A program made the translations under genes and the position numbers. A stretch of DNA of 64,000 bases from Tubiluchus corallicola (Eukaryota > Animalia > Priapulida), in the NCBI GenBank assembly GCA_030141605.1, contig JAQGDQ010000703.1, positions 1 to 64,000 of the forward strand. The letters run 5' to 3'. Every line of letters begins with the position of its first letter. Within the stretch, counting starts at the first letter, position 1. Below, in pieces: positions 52,612-64,000 of the stretch. The notes beneath the pieces are model-generated. The model was not told the origin of the DNA, did not search any database, and saw nothing but the letters and a program-made list of their open reading frames with translations.

Positions 52612-53162
52612 GTTACTGTTCAGTCTGAACACTTACATGTCATTCTCGATATTCAATTTGTATACTTACATTTTATTCTCAGTATTCAGTTTGTATACGT
52701 ACATGTTATTCTGATATTCAGTTTGTACACTTACATGTTATTTTTGATATTCAGTCTGTATTCTCAATATTCAGTTCGTATACTTATAATTTATTCTCAG
52801 TTTTCAGTTTGTTCACTACATGTTATTCTCAGAATTTAGTTTGTATACGTCCATGTTATTCTCAATATTCAGTTTGTATATGTACATGTCATTCTCGATA
52901 TTCAATTTGTATACTTACATTTTATTCTCGGTATTCAGTTTGTACACTACGTTATTCCCAGTATTCAATTAGTATACGTACATGTTATTCTGATATTCAG
53001 TTTGTATAGGTACATTTCATTCTCGGTATTCAGTTTGTACACTACGTTATTCCCAGTATTCACTTTGTATATGTACATGTTATTCTGATATTCAGTTTGG
53101 GCACTTGGATGTTATTCTTGATATTCAGTTTGTATACTTACATTTTATTCTCGATATTCAGT
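52612..53162. repeat. Degenerate tandem repeat of about 34 bp
   Basis: TATTCAGTTTGTATACTTACATGTTATTCTCRR. Confidence 0.85.
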
Positions 53163-53554
53163 GAGTTATCAAACATTTGTTCATTATTTTTGTGCTCCCA
53201 TTATTTATAAACTGATAACTGCTTTCTTTCATAATCGATTTTAGGTTTAGTATGACTTCTGCTCGTTAGCAGGTTGCGTCATTAGAAGCTAGATGTTTGC
53301 CAGTTTCCTAAACATCCCCTCATTTTATTGTAATTGGTCGTATTTTCAGTCATCGTTGTGTCGCTACTCTGTTATTAACTTTGTTAAGTCGGGTGTTTAG
53401 TGTTTAAAGCTCAGTCTCCGGTGTTTAGTGTTTAAAGCTCAGTCTTAAAGCTCTTTTTCATCAGTTGTTTACTTGTGGTAAGCAGAGAATTTGAAGTCAA
53501 CTAGCATCTATTGTTGATAATTATTGAGCTAGTTCAGTTGACTACAATATAATA

Positions 53555-54006
53555 CAGGGATGAGAATGACAAATTGCAAAAAACTCTGAAACAGGCCGGG
53601 GGTTTGGGGGCCGGTAGGCCATAGAGAACCTCTAAGTGGACTTAAAATATCAGTTAACTTGTTTCGTACATAATTCAAAATATCAAAGATACATGATACT
53701 TAATTGTCTCAAAAACGCCTAAGTACTGGCCACTCCTATGCAAAAGTATATAAAAACTGTCTGCAATTGACTCAAATAACTCCGCACAATTGATTCTATA
53801 TTTTTATACATAGAGATATACACGTGGTTACACTGATGTACGTGATGTAAACAAAGTGAAGGCCCGCCATCTAGCGGTCAGCTTATGAAATAATGTACTG
53901 GGTCTGTAAAAATTTTCTCAACGAATTTACACGATTTACAAAAATGGCACTACTAGTCTTCCAAAAACTCGGAATTCCGCGTATCCGCGGAAAATTCTCA
54001 TCCCTG
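53555..54006 (+). mobile_element. MITE family B, copy 4
   Basis: Perfect TIRs; flanks ATAATA / ATAATT. Confidence 0.9.
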
Positions 54007-54117
54007 ATAATTACATTACATCAAACGTGGTTTATTGCAAACACGCCTGTAATGCAAAATCACAAACGGATTTTCATCATTTATTTAACTAGCATAACAG
54101 CTTCTTAATACATTGAG

Positions 54118-54898
54118 CTTTGAATACTCGGTTACTGTGTGCTACCGACGTGGACTTTGAGTACTCGGTTACTGCGTGCTACCGACGTGGAGTTTGAGTA
54201 CTCGGTTACTGTGTGTTACCGACGTTTACTTTGAGTACTCGGTTACTGTGTGTTACCGACGTGGACTTTGAATACTCAGTTACTGTGTGCTACCGACGTG
54301 GAGTTTGAGTACTCGGTTACTGTGTGCTACCGACGTGGACTTTGAGTACTCGGTTACTGTGTGCTACCGACGTGGACTTTGAGTACTCGGTTACTGTGTG
54401 CTACCGACGTGGACTTTGAGTACTCGGTTACTGTGTGCTACCGACGTGGACTTTGAGTACTCGGTTACTGTGTGCTACCGACGTGGACTTTGAGTACTCG
54501 GTCACTGAGTGTTACCGACGTGGGCTTTGAGTACTCGGTTACTGCGTGTTACCGACGTGGGCTTTGAGTACTCGGTTACTGCGTGTTACCGACGTGGGCT
54601 TTGAGTACTCGGTCACTGAGTGTTACCGACGTGGGCTTTGAGTACTCGGTTACTGCGTGTTACCGACGTGGGCTTTGAGTACTCGGTTACTGCGTGTTAC
54701 CGACGTGGGCTTTGAGTACTCGGTCACTGAGTGTTACCGACGTGGGCTTTGAGTACTCGGTTACTGCGTGTTACCGACGTGGGCTTTGAGTACTCGGTCA
54801 CTGAGTGTTACCGACGTGGGCTTTGAGTACTCGGTTACTGCGTGTTACCAACTTGGGCTTTGAGTACTCGGTTACTGTGTGTTACCGTCGTGGACTTT
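54118..54898. repeat. 37-bp minisatellite, about 21 copies
   Basis: TTTGAGTACTCGGTTACTGTGTGCTACCGACGTGGAC. Confidence 0.97.
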
Positions 54899-55233
54899 TT
54901 CTCGGGCCCTACTGTTCACACTACGTATTTATAACGCTTTTATTAAGTGCACACTAATATCTCGGTTTGCCGGACATCGCTTTTGCGGATATTGGAAAAA
55001 TCGGACAAAATCTGGACTGTTAAAATGTCCCCCATACTATGGACACAGTCCGTTGGCCGTTAGTTGGCAGGCCGTCACTTTGTTTACATCATTACATCAG
55101 TGTAACCAAACAGCATGTAACGGCACGTGTAGCTTGTATGTCAGCATGTTTAAGTGATTTAATCAGCACGTGTAAGCGGTATCGAATCTGATATCTACAC
55201 CCTGATTTTGTTACTAATATCACGAACACTTAC

Positions 55234-55552
55234 ATATCATTGACAAAGTCCAGATCATGCGGCATGACGGCATCATAATGGGACAGCGGTGAAGTAGACC
55301 CGTGTTCCGTTCTGCTGCCAAAGCTTCCACATCTTGGTCTAGAAACAGGACCAGTTGATAAGAACGGCCGCCTTGCCGAGCTGTCGAGACTTCCGCTACG
55401 CTGTATTTGCACGGCAGGTAAAGCCGCCTCAGACGGTGACATCTGGTGAGATGAAGAGGTACCACTGTGATGCCTCCGAGGAGCCGAATCCGGCTGTACT
55501 TGCAGGCTATCTTGTAGTGACATCTGGTTTGAAGAACTTGTATCGGTTTCTG
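55234..55552 (-). CDS. VCPIP1: VCPIP1 penultimate coding exon (Ser-rich)
   Basis: AETDTSSSNQMSLQDSLQ...DLDFVNDM; TAGCAG acceptor, GTAAGT donor; phases join both flanking exons. Confidence 0.78.
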
Positions 55553-55753
55553 CTAAACAGAAACAAAACAGAACACGTTAAAAATACTTTGCAACATACT
55601 CACATTGCCTGAAGAAGTGATGAATTTGTCTCATTAATACTTAGACAATTCATTAATTAGTTCAAATTTCAGAACATGTTCTTTGATGAGAAAACGCCCG
55701 TGCCATTTTAACAACAAAATCATATCATTTAAGCATGTTTTAATCTCTAATTG

Positions 55754-56217
55754 CAGGGACGAGATTGACAAATTGCAAAAAATCTGAATCAGACTGGGGG
55801 TTTTGGGCCCGTAATGGGGTTGAAATTGCAATTTTGTGAGTGGACTTAAAATATCAATTACCTTGTTTCATGCATAATTTAAAATACCCAACTATCAACG
55901 ATACATGATACCTAATTGTCGCTAAAACGGCTAAGTTCTGGCCGCTCCTATGCAAAAGTATATAAAAACTGTCTGCAATTGACTCAAATAACTCAGCACA
56001 ATTGATTCTATATTTTATACATAGAGATATGCACGTGGTTGCACTGATATATGTGATGTAAACAAAGTGACGGCCTGCCAACTAGCGGTCAGCTTGTGAA
56101 ATAATGTACTGGACCCGTAAAAATTTTCTCAACGAATTTACGCGATTCACAAAAATGGCACTTCTGGTCTTCCAAAAACTCGGAATTCCGCGTATCCGCG
56201 GAAAACTCTCATCCCTG
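55754..56217 (+). mobile_element. MITE family B, copy 5
   Basis: CAGGGACGAGAT...CTCATCCCTG; flanks TAATTG / GAATTG. Confidence 0.88.
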
Positions 56218-56340
56218 GAATTGACATCTAATCTAGCTACTTTTGCTAGACCTGTTCGCTACAGTTCAGAAGCTAAAACCTTTTCTCCATTAGACTAGGT
56301 TGGAGTTCACAATTTCCCACACAATTTAAATACACTAAAC

Positions 56341-56831
56341 CAGGGTACCAGGGATACACTAAATACACTGATCTGACAAGCCGGGCCACATTAAACTTTC
56401 CCGCAATTCCCAACAGGCAGTTTGATCAAGGAGCCAAGTACAGAAAGGCCTAATAACGATTTTTTTTGCGTCCGACCTGCGTACATCATTACTACCACAC
56501 TCAAGAAACTATTTTAGAAGTTATTAAAATTGATATTAGAAACCATATATTTCTACTTTCAGGACAGATAGTGGTAATTTCATTACAATGCATATTAGTA
56601 ATGTGTATCACACAGTCTGTGTAGTACAGTGACATTAAGCTACAACCGTCTTGTAAGGGTTAATAGCATCCGATCTAGTAGAAAAAACTACCCGCACTAT
56701 CTTTGAGATTGTGGCACCGACTTCAGCTGGCTACACTCAATTAATCGCCCGGGCCGCACTTTCATTAGGTTGACAAATCTCTTCGCGGGCCGCACAAATT
56801 CTCTCGGCGGGCCGCAATTTGCACACCCCTG
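56341..56831 (-). mobile_element. hAT MITE, second copy of the 39298 family, 8-bp TSD CACTAAAC
   Basis: TTTGCACACCCCTG end; internal homology to 39298-39709; CACTAAAC on both sides. Confidence 0.85.
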
Positions 56832-57093
56832 CACTAAACCAAACCTTTGTCTTAACCCTAACGCTAGACCTAACCCTAACCCTAACCTTAATCCACTTTG
56901 TGAACTAATTTCTTGTGAGTGGGAATTGTAAACTTTAGCCGGAAGTGGCATACTGCCAGGATTAGGGCCGACGGCACTGAGATCCCCCCTCATTTGATGA
57001 AATGATATACATTCATTTGGAAAAACTTTACAAATCATTCAATAAAAGTTGCTCAGCTGTTTGGACTAACAATGAAAACATCTAATGAATTAC

Positions 57094-57207
57094 CTTTCAG
57101 CGAATGTCCTTGTCCGGTAAAAGCCACACGACCAGTTGATGGCATATTAATGGGGTGCCCAAAAGTCACACCCTGCGAGGCAGTTTGTAGAATTTTAGAC
57201 AGTTCCT
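57094..57207 (-). CDS. VCPIP1: VCPIP1 exon with SHP-box-like motif
   Basis: EELSKILQ...RVAFTGQGHSLK resembles VCPIP1 AFQGKGHSLG (FxGxGxxL p97-binding type); phase 1-1. Confidence 0.83.
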
Positions 57208-57544
57208 CTGAAAGCGGGTCACAATGTTATAATTTACGAAAACTTTTCTGAACTAAATATAGAGAATACAAAGCAGAATCTAAATCAAGCGGTTTGCAAA
57301 CAAGTTTTATCAAAATGATTTTATTAAAGTGAATTTTCACTTGTGAAAAGTTGAAAAATCTGCTTTGAAAATGCTAACCACCTACATACAATACATTTAT
57401 ATAACTACATTACATTCTGTGAGTTGCAATTGTACAATGTACTGCTAGTATAATGTTTCTACAATGTACTGTTTGTCAATAAACTTATAATTTTATGATA
57501 CCTCATGATACCTAGAGTTCAGATTTCTAGTATCGCTTTGTAAT

Positions 57545-57895
57545 ATGTGAAAATTAGCCTTTTCACGGTTTCGTTTTGCACACTCGCAGTTGCTGTAGGT
57601 CAAAGGTTATGTGTGCCACAGCAACGCGTCTTAACTACAACTGTTACATGATACATGGGTAAACCAAAGCCGTCTGCGGGACGAGTTCAGCAACATCGGT
57701 TGTTTTACGTGGATTTTACCTAATTATGCATTAGAGCAATTTATTAGCCGGCTGGGAACAAGAAAAAACGTAGTATGGAAGGTTCTAGTCAGTTGTTAAA
57801 ACTGTAACTATTACAACAGCATGGTCTGCGAGGCATTGTCAAATTTACATAAGGGCGCTGTCTGGTACACTTAACCTTTGGCCTTTTCTTGATCA
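57545..57895 (-). mobile_element. Family E, copy 2 (inverted)
   Basis: Reverse complement of 20895-21245. Confidence 0.6.
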
Positions 57896-57979
57896 TCATA
57901 TAGGCTATGATCATCATGAACTATTAAAAGCCTTTCAAACTCCAACATCAACCAACTAGATGCAGCCACTTTGGCAAAT

Positions 57980-60500
57980 CAGTACTCGATTTTTCACCAC
58001 ACACACAGTCAGTTTACTCATCACTACTCGATTTTTCACCACACACACTCAGTTTACTAATCACTACTCGATTTTTCACCACACACACACTCAGTTTACT
58101 CATCACTACTCGATTTGTCACCACACACACAGTCAGTTTACTCATCACTACTCGATTTTTCACCACACACACAGTCAGTTTACTCATCAATACTCAATTT
58201 TTCACCACACACACAGTCAGTTTACTCATCACTACTCGATTTTTCACCACACACACAGTCAGTTTACTCATCACTACTCGATTTTTCACCACACGCACAA
58301 TGTCAGTTTATTCATCACTACTCGATTTTTCACCACACACACAGTCAGTTTATTCATCACTACTCGATTTTTCACCACACACACAGTCAGTTTACTCATC
58401 ACTACTCAATTTTTCACCACACACACACTCAGTTTACTCACCACTACTCGATTTTTCACCACACACATTGTCAGTTTACTCACCTAATCAACTATCACTA
58501 CTCGATTTTTCACCACACACATTGTCAGTTTACTCACCTAATCAACTATCACTGCTCGATTTTTCACCACACACAATGTGAGTTTACTCACCTAATCAAC
58601 TATTAATACTCAATTTTTCACCACACAATGTGAGTTTACTCTCCTAATCGACTATCACTACTCGATTTTTCACCACACACAATGTGAGTTTACTCACCTA
58701 ATCAACTATCACTACTCGATTTTTCACCACACACATTGTCAGTTTACTCACCTAATCGACTATCACTACTCGATTTTTCACCACACACATTGTCAGTTTA
58801 CTCACCTAATCAACTATCACTGCTCGATTTTTCACCACACACATTGTCAGTTTACTCACCTAATCGACTATCACTGCTCAATTTTTCACCACACACATTG
58901 TCAGTTTACTCACCTAATCGACTATCACTGCTCGATTTTTCACCACACACATTGTCAGTTCACTCACCTAATCGACTATCACTGCTCGATTTTCCACCAC
59001 ACACATTGTCAGTTTACTCACCTAATCGACTATCAATACTAAATTTTTCACCACACACATTGTCAGTTTACTCACCTAATCAACTATCACTGCTCGATTT
59101 TTCACCACAAACATTGTCAGTTTACTCACCTAATCGACTATCACTACTCAATTTTTCACCACACACATTGTCAATTTACTCACCTAATCAACTATCACTG
59201 CTCGATTTTTCACCACACACATTGTCAGTTTACTCACCTAATCGACTATCAATACTCAATTTTTCACCACACACATTGTCAGTTTACTCACCTAATCGAC
59301 TATCAATACTCAATTTTTCACCACACACATTGTCAGTTTACTCACCTAATCAACTATCACTGCTCGATTTTTCACCACACACATTGTCAATTTACTCACC
59401 TAATCGACTATCACTACTCAATTTTTCACCACACACATTGTCAGTTTACTCACCTAATCGACTATCACTACTCAATTTTTCACCACACACATTGTCAGTT
59501 TACTCACCTAATCGACTGTCACTACTCAACCACACACATTGTCAGTTTACTCACCTAATCGACTATCACTATTCGATTTTTCACCACACACATTGTCAGT
59601 TTACTCACCTAATCGACTATCACTATTCGATTTTTCACCACACACATTGTCAGTTTACTCACCTAATCGACTATCACTACTCAATTTTTCACCACACACA
59701 TTGTCAGTTTACTCACCTAATCGACTATCACTACTCAATTTTTCACCACACACATTGTCAGTTTACTCACCTAATCGACTATCACTACTTAATTTTTCTT
59801 CACACACAATGTGAGTTTACTCACCTAATCGACTGTCACTAGATTTTTCACCACACACATTGTCAGTTTACTCACCTAATCAACTATCAATACTCAATTT
59901 TTCACCACACACATTGTCAGTTTACTCACCTAATCGACTATCACTATTCGATTTTTCACCACACACATTGTCAGTTTACTCACCTAATCAACTATCAGTA
60001 CTCAATTTTTCACCACACACATTGTCAGTTCACTCACCTAATCGACTATCACTACTCAATTTTTCACCACACACATTGTCAGTTCCCTCACCTAATCGAC
60101 TATCAATACTCAATTTTTCACCACACACATTGTCAGTTCACTCACCTAATCGACTATCAATACTCAATTTTTCACCACACATATTATCAGTTTACTCACC
60201 TAATCAACTATCAATACTCAATTTTTCACCACACACATTGTCAGTTCACTCACCTAATCGACTATCAATACTCAATTTTTCACCACACACATTGTCAGTT
60301 CACTCACCTAATCGACTATCAATACTCAATTTTTCACCACACACACACACACAATGTCAGTTTACTCACCTAATCGACTATCAATACTCAATTTTTCACC
60401 ACACACATTGTCAGTTTACTCACCTAATCAACTATCACTACTCAATTTTTCACCACACACACACACAATGTGAGTTTACTCACCTAATCGACTATCACTA
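57980..60500. repeat. Minisatellite with 54-bp units (about 58470-60500) and about 43-bp units (57980-58470)
   Basis: TTTTCACCACACACATTGTCAGTTTACTCACCTAATCGACTATCACTACTCRAT; overlaps the end of the VCPIP1 exon. Confidence 0.97.
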
Positions 60501-60598
60501 GTTTTTACTTTCTCTTCAATCCCCGGTTCTACAGGAAAATGGCCATGTGGTTCAAGACATAATTCAAGTCTATCTTCGACACCATTGTAGCGAAAAAC
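60484..60598 (-). CDS. VCPIP1: VCPIP1 (VCIP135) deubiquitinase ortholog, internal exon
   Basis: VFRYNGVEDRLELCLEPHGHFPVEPGIEEKVK matches my recollection of vertebrate VCPIP1 FVYNASEDRLELCVDAAGHFPIGPDVEDLVK; CAG acceptor, AG|GTGAGT donor. Confidence 0.85.
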
Positions 60599-60994
60599 CT
60601 GAAAAAGTAAAAATTTTATTACTATCTAACTGCAATCAAGCATAACTGTTTTTTTACTAAATAAATTCCTAAGCAAACACAGAATGACTACGTATAAACT
60701 AGCACAAGTTTCAGTTGATAACTAGAGAAAATTTTCTCTATGTATTTGCCAGTGATTTATGGCACAAATGTTAAAACTGTCACTGAATTTTAGTACTTCC
60801 CAAATTACCCATCATTATAACCCACCCAAACAAAGTGGGTGACGTGTCTTCTAAGCACACAACATCCATCTGTCCACTGATTTTGACCTTGAAAGTCAAC
60901 AGAGCGTTACATCAGCTGCTCAACACTTTCTTCAAAATGTTTTGCATTATATCCTTCAATGCTTGTGATACGTGCGTAGATGGCCAAGCTGATC

Positions 60995-61372
60995 TAAACC
61001 TGACATTTAATTCTGCTGGTAGGCAAGGTTACTACATGCTTTTGACCTTGAAGGTCAAATATTCACAGACTAAACCAGATTTTTCATTCTGCTAGTAGGC
61101 AAGGTTTCTACACTGACCTTGACCTCGAAGGCCAAAGACTCACCAACTAAACCACATATTTAATTTCGCTAGTAGGCAAGGTCACTACACACTTTTCACC
61201 TTGACCTTGAAGGTCAAAGGCTCACTGACTAAACCAGACATTTAATTCTTCTAACAGGCAAGTTCACTACACACTTTTGACCTTACCTCGAAGGTCAAAG
61301 ACTCACCGGCTAAACCAGATATTTAATTCTGCTAGTAAGCAAGGTCACTACACACTTTTGACCTTGACCTTG
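60995..61372. repeat. Tandem repeat of about 70-80 bp, about 5 copies
   Basis: TAAACCAGA..TTTAATTCTGCTAGTAGGCAAGGTCACTACAC..TTGACCTTGA. Confidence 0.85.
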
Positions 61373-63435
61373 AGACACTGTCTTTAAGCATTCTCAACCA
61401 CATAAATATGAACGAGGAATATGCCATTTCATAGCTCTCTTGTTATATCACGGCGGATGTCACAGCCGAACAATCATTACCTAATGACATTTCCACACCG
61501 TAAATTATTAGCCTCATCTTAACTAAGTATATTAATGCAGCAGCTAAACTCTATAATTAGTAAAGCAATCAATGCTCATAAGAATACCAGCAGTCCAGCA
61601 CTCCAGAACTCATTAACTTCAACTGTGACAGCCAAGTAATTCAGTAGGGCACGTTCAGTAGTACGAACAAGCTGTACTAGGTAAACAGAACTAATTGCAC
61701 TGACACAATACAGTGTATATAGCACACAAAGTATTTGACTTTGTACAGATTTATCTACAGACTAACAGATAGTGGTAGTTAATGTTAGAATCCTTGCCTT
61801 ATGAAGGCATGTTGACAGTAAACACCAGAAGAGAAAAACAGGCTACATTGCATTCATACATAAATACATTAAGATGATATAAACAGCGCAGGTGATGACT
61901 CAAGCACGTTCAATAACAGCCTTAACGATGAAATTAACACAGTTATGACAGTTATGTGCACTAACAATGGATGAGGCAGAACCAGAACATAAACAAATTA
62001 TCAAATATAGCTTTCTAAAACGAAACCACATGTGTGTCAGGCACATCCAGAACACTTCAACAAATTTAATAAAGCACTGACAGTACAGAATCAGCCAAAC
62101 GACCAAAAGAGAGCTTGCCCTAGGGTATTCCAATCTTTTACTAAGCAGGCTATACACTGCTTAACTGTCTTAGACAAGTAGTGCCAAGCAACAAATCACA
62201 AGCACTCAGTTACAGTAATAAACATTATTCAGCTGAATATCTAGCATTTATTTCCACATAATCAATTTTACTTCAACAGTACATTAATAGCATCAAATAA
62301 TTATGTTCCCAAGGCAATAAATTCATTTAAAACAAATCTATACATATGTTGCTTAATATAACGTTAATCCGAGATGAGATGTCTGACAATCTCCTATTAG
62401 TATCGTTAACATCTGGAATGAAGAGCTAATAAGATGGAATCGATGCAAAAGTAGGTCATCCGTGACAGCTAGTGAAACTGCCGGAGGCGGTAAACAAGTT
62501 ACGAACAGTTGTTTACGACAGAATGTATTCAATGAAAAACGCACAGAAAGTTCTAGAAAGGTAATCAAATCCGATACGTTCATGGCTGTGTTTTCGACAT
62601 GAATAAGCATCAATAAAAAAGCTACAGTATTTTGAAAATAAAACTCACTTTCACTTCACTAAAAGGTGACAAAGCATTTCAAGCAACGCAAAGAGATGCA
62701 CTACAATTTGCTCTTATTCATGACGATCAGCATCCACAGGATTAAACTAACTAGTAGATAATTATTGTTAACAAAAAATACTGCAAGGATATATGCATAC
62801 AGAATAACAAAAGCACAACAATTAAGACGTTAAATAGAAAGACTGCACGCGGCTAGCTCCAAATTCACTGCAAACCAGACAAGTGAAAAACGATGTGTCA
62901 GCGTTACTTAAACATCCTACGTTACTTAAACTTCAACGCCATCATTATCCCCATTCCAGCTGAGAAAAAATCCCTTCCACTCACCAACGAGCAGTAAATC
63001 CATTAGCGTAAGTTTATCTACCACATAACAACGTACACAACTCTCACTGTAAAAACCAGCTACTCAGAACTAAACGTCATGTCCTTGCGCCTTGCGTAGT
63101 TATCGTCTGCTCAAGACCCCGTGACCACACCACGTGACCTCTACCACGTGATCAAAATGTTATTCTTCCTCCTTAACACTAAACAGAATGGGCAAGGTTG
63201 CCGCGTAAGCGAACACAGCCTTCGGGGTATTAATAGCCCCACAGCATGAGTGAATATATGAGCCTTTTATTAGAACGAGTATGAGAGTTGCGTAGGAAAG
63301 CAGTCTCAGCAAATATAACAGACAACGTTGAGATACAAGCGTGAGTTTCGCTAGCGTTGAAAAATTATTGATCTTAGAATGAAAAATTTAATCATCTTGT
63401 TGAAATTACACATTATTACCATACGGATGGAGACG

Positions 63436-63660
63436 ACGAGAGGGAGAGAAGAGAATTAGTGAGAGAAAGAGAGCAAGGAAGAGGGAAAGACAGAGAGGAA
63501 AGATAGAAAGAGAAAGGGGGAGGGAAGTAGACAAACAGAGATAGAAAGGGGGAGTTAGGGAGAGCAAAGGGGAGGAAAAGAGAGAGGGGGGAGGGAGGTA
63601 GAAAGACAGAGAGGCAGAGTGAGTGTGTGTGTGTGTGCGTGCGTGCGTGCTTGTGTGTGA
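63436..63660. repeat. Purine-rich low-complexity tract plus (GT)n
   Basis: Directly visible. Confidence 0.85.
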
Positions 63661-64000
63661 AGGAGGGTGTAGAATATTTTTTATAAAAATTATCACAAAC
63701 AAGACCAACGACCATCCATGTAGTGCTTTCCGTAATGTCATTCTTGTTTTTATCAAAACTTAGTTTTCCCTCCGTGGTTTCCCTCTTCAGTTTTGTGAAT
63801 GACATACAAAATTTCGTAAAAATTCATCTGGCAGGCCAGCAGGAAAAATACAGAGGTCTTGGAGAATGCCGAGGGGGCATCTGCAAACGTATAAACGTCA
63901 AGGGGTAAACAATATATCTTTTAACTAAGATAACTCGCAAGGTCAAGGTCAAGTATGCTCGCAAGGTCAAGGTCAAGTCAACTACACAATTGGCTTGAAC

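Noticed and set aside
63406-63908. Further VCPIP1 exon near the right edge
   Set aside because: No frame gives recognisable VCPIP1 sequence and the ORFs run into low-complexity DNA; upstream exons are presumably outside the window.

Overview
AT-rich, intron-rich metazoan genomic DNA, probably invertebrate or lophotrochozoan-like; not prokaryotic. Two protein-coding genes lie in tandem on the minus strand. (1) The last four coding exons of a VCPIP1/VCIP135 deubiquitinase ortholog (60598 to stop at 52289). (2) A p190 RhoGAP (ARHGAP35/ARHGAP5 family) gene, hand-spliced into 19 phase-consistent GT-AG exons (ATG 46145 to 2485, about 1284 codons: GTPase, FF, pseudoGTPase and middle regions). Its RhoGAP domain lies beyond the left edge of the window. 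Roughly 18-19 kb of the window is tandem arrays built from about 18 unrelated units. The introns also hold several MITE families, a deleted mariner, LINE 3' fragments, a 5S-rRNA-headed SINE with an 11-bp TSD and a 156-bp RTE-type retroposon with an 18-bp TSD. Most notable: two minisatellites whose unit is the exon/intron junction itself, so the splice donor is multiplied dozens of times; a MITE carrying 14 tandem RFX X-box palindromes; and a candidate stop-containing cassette exon. Most long ORFs in the supplied track are repeat artefacts. All calls were made by eye and no searches were run.
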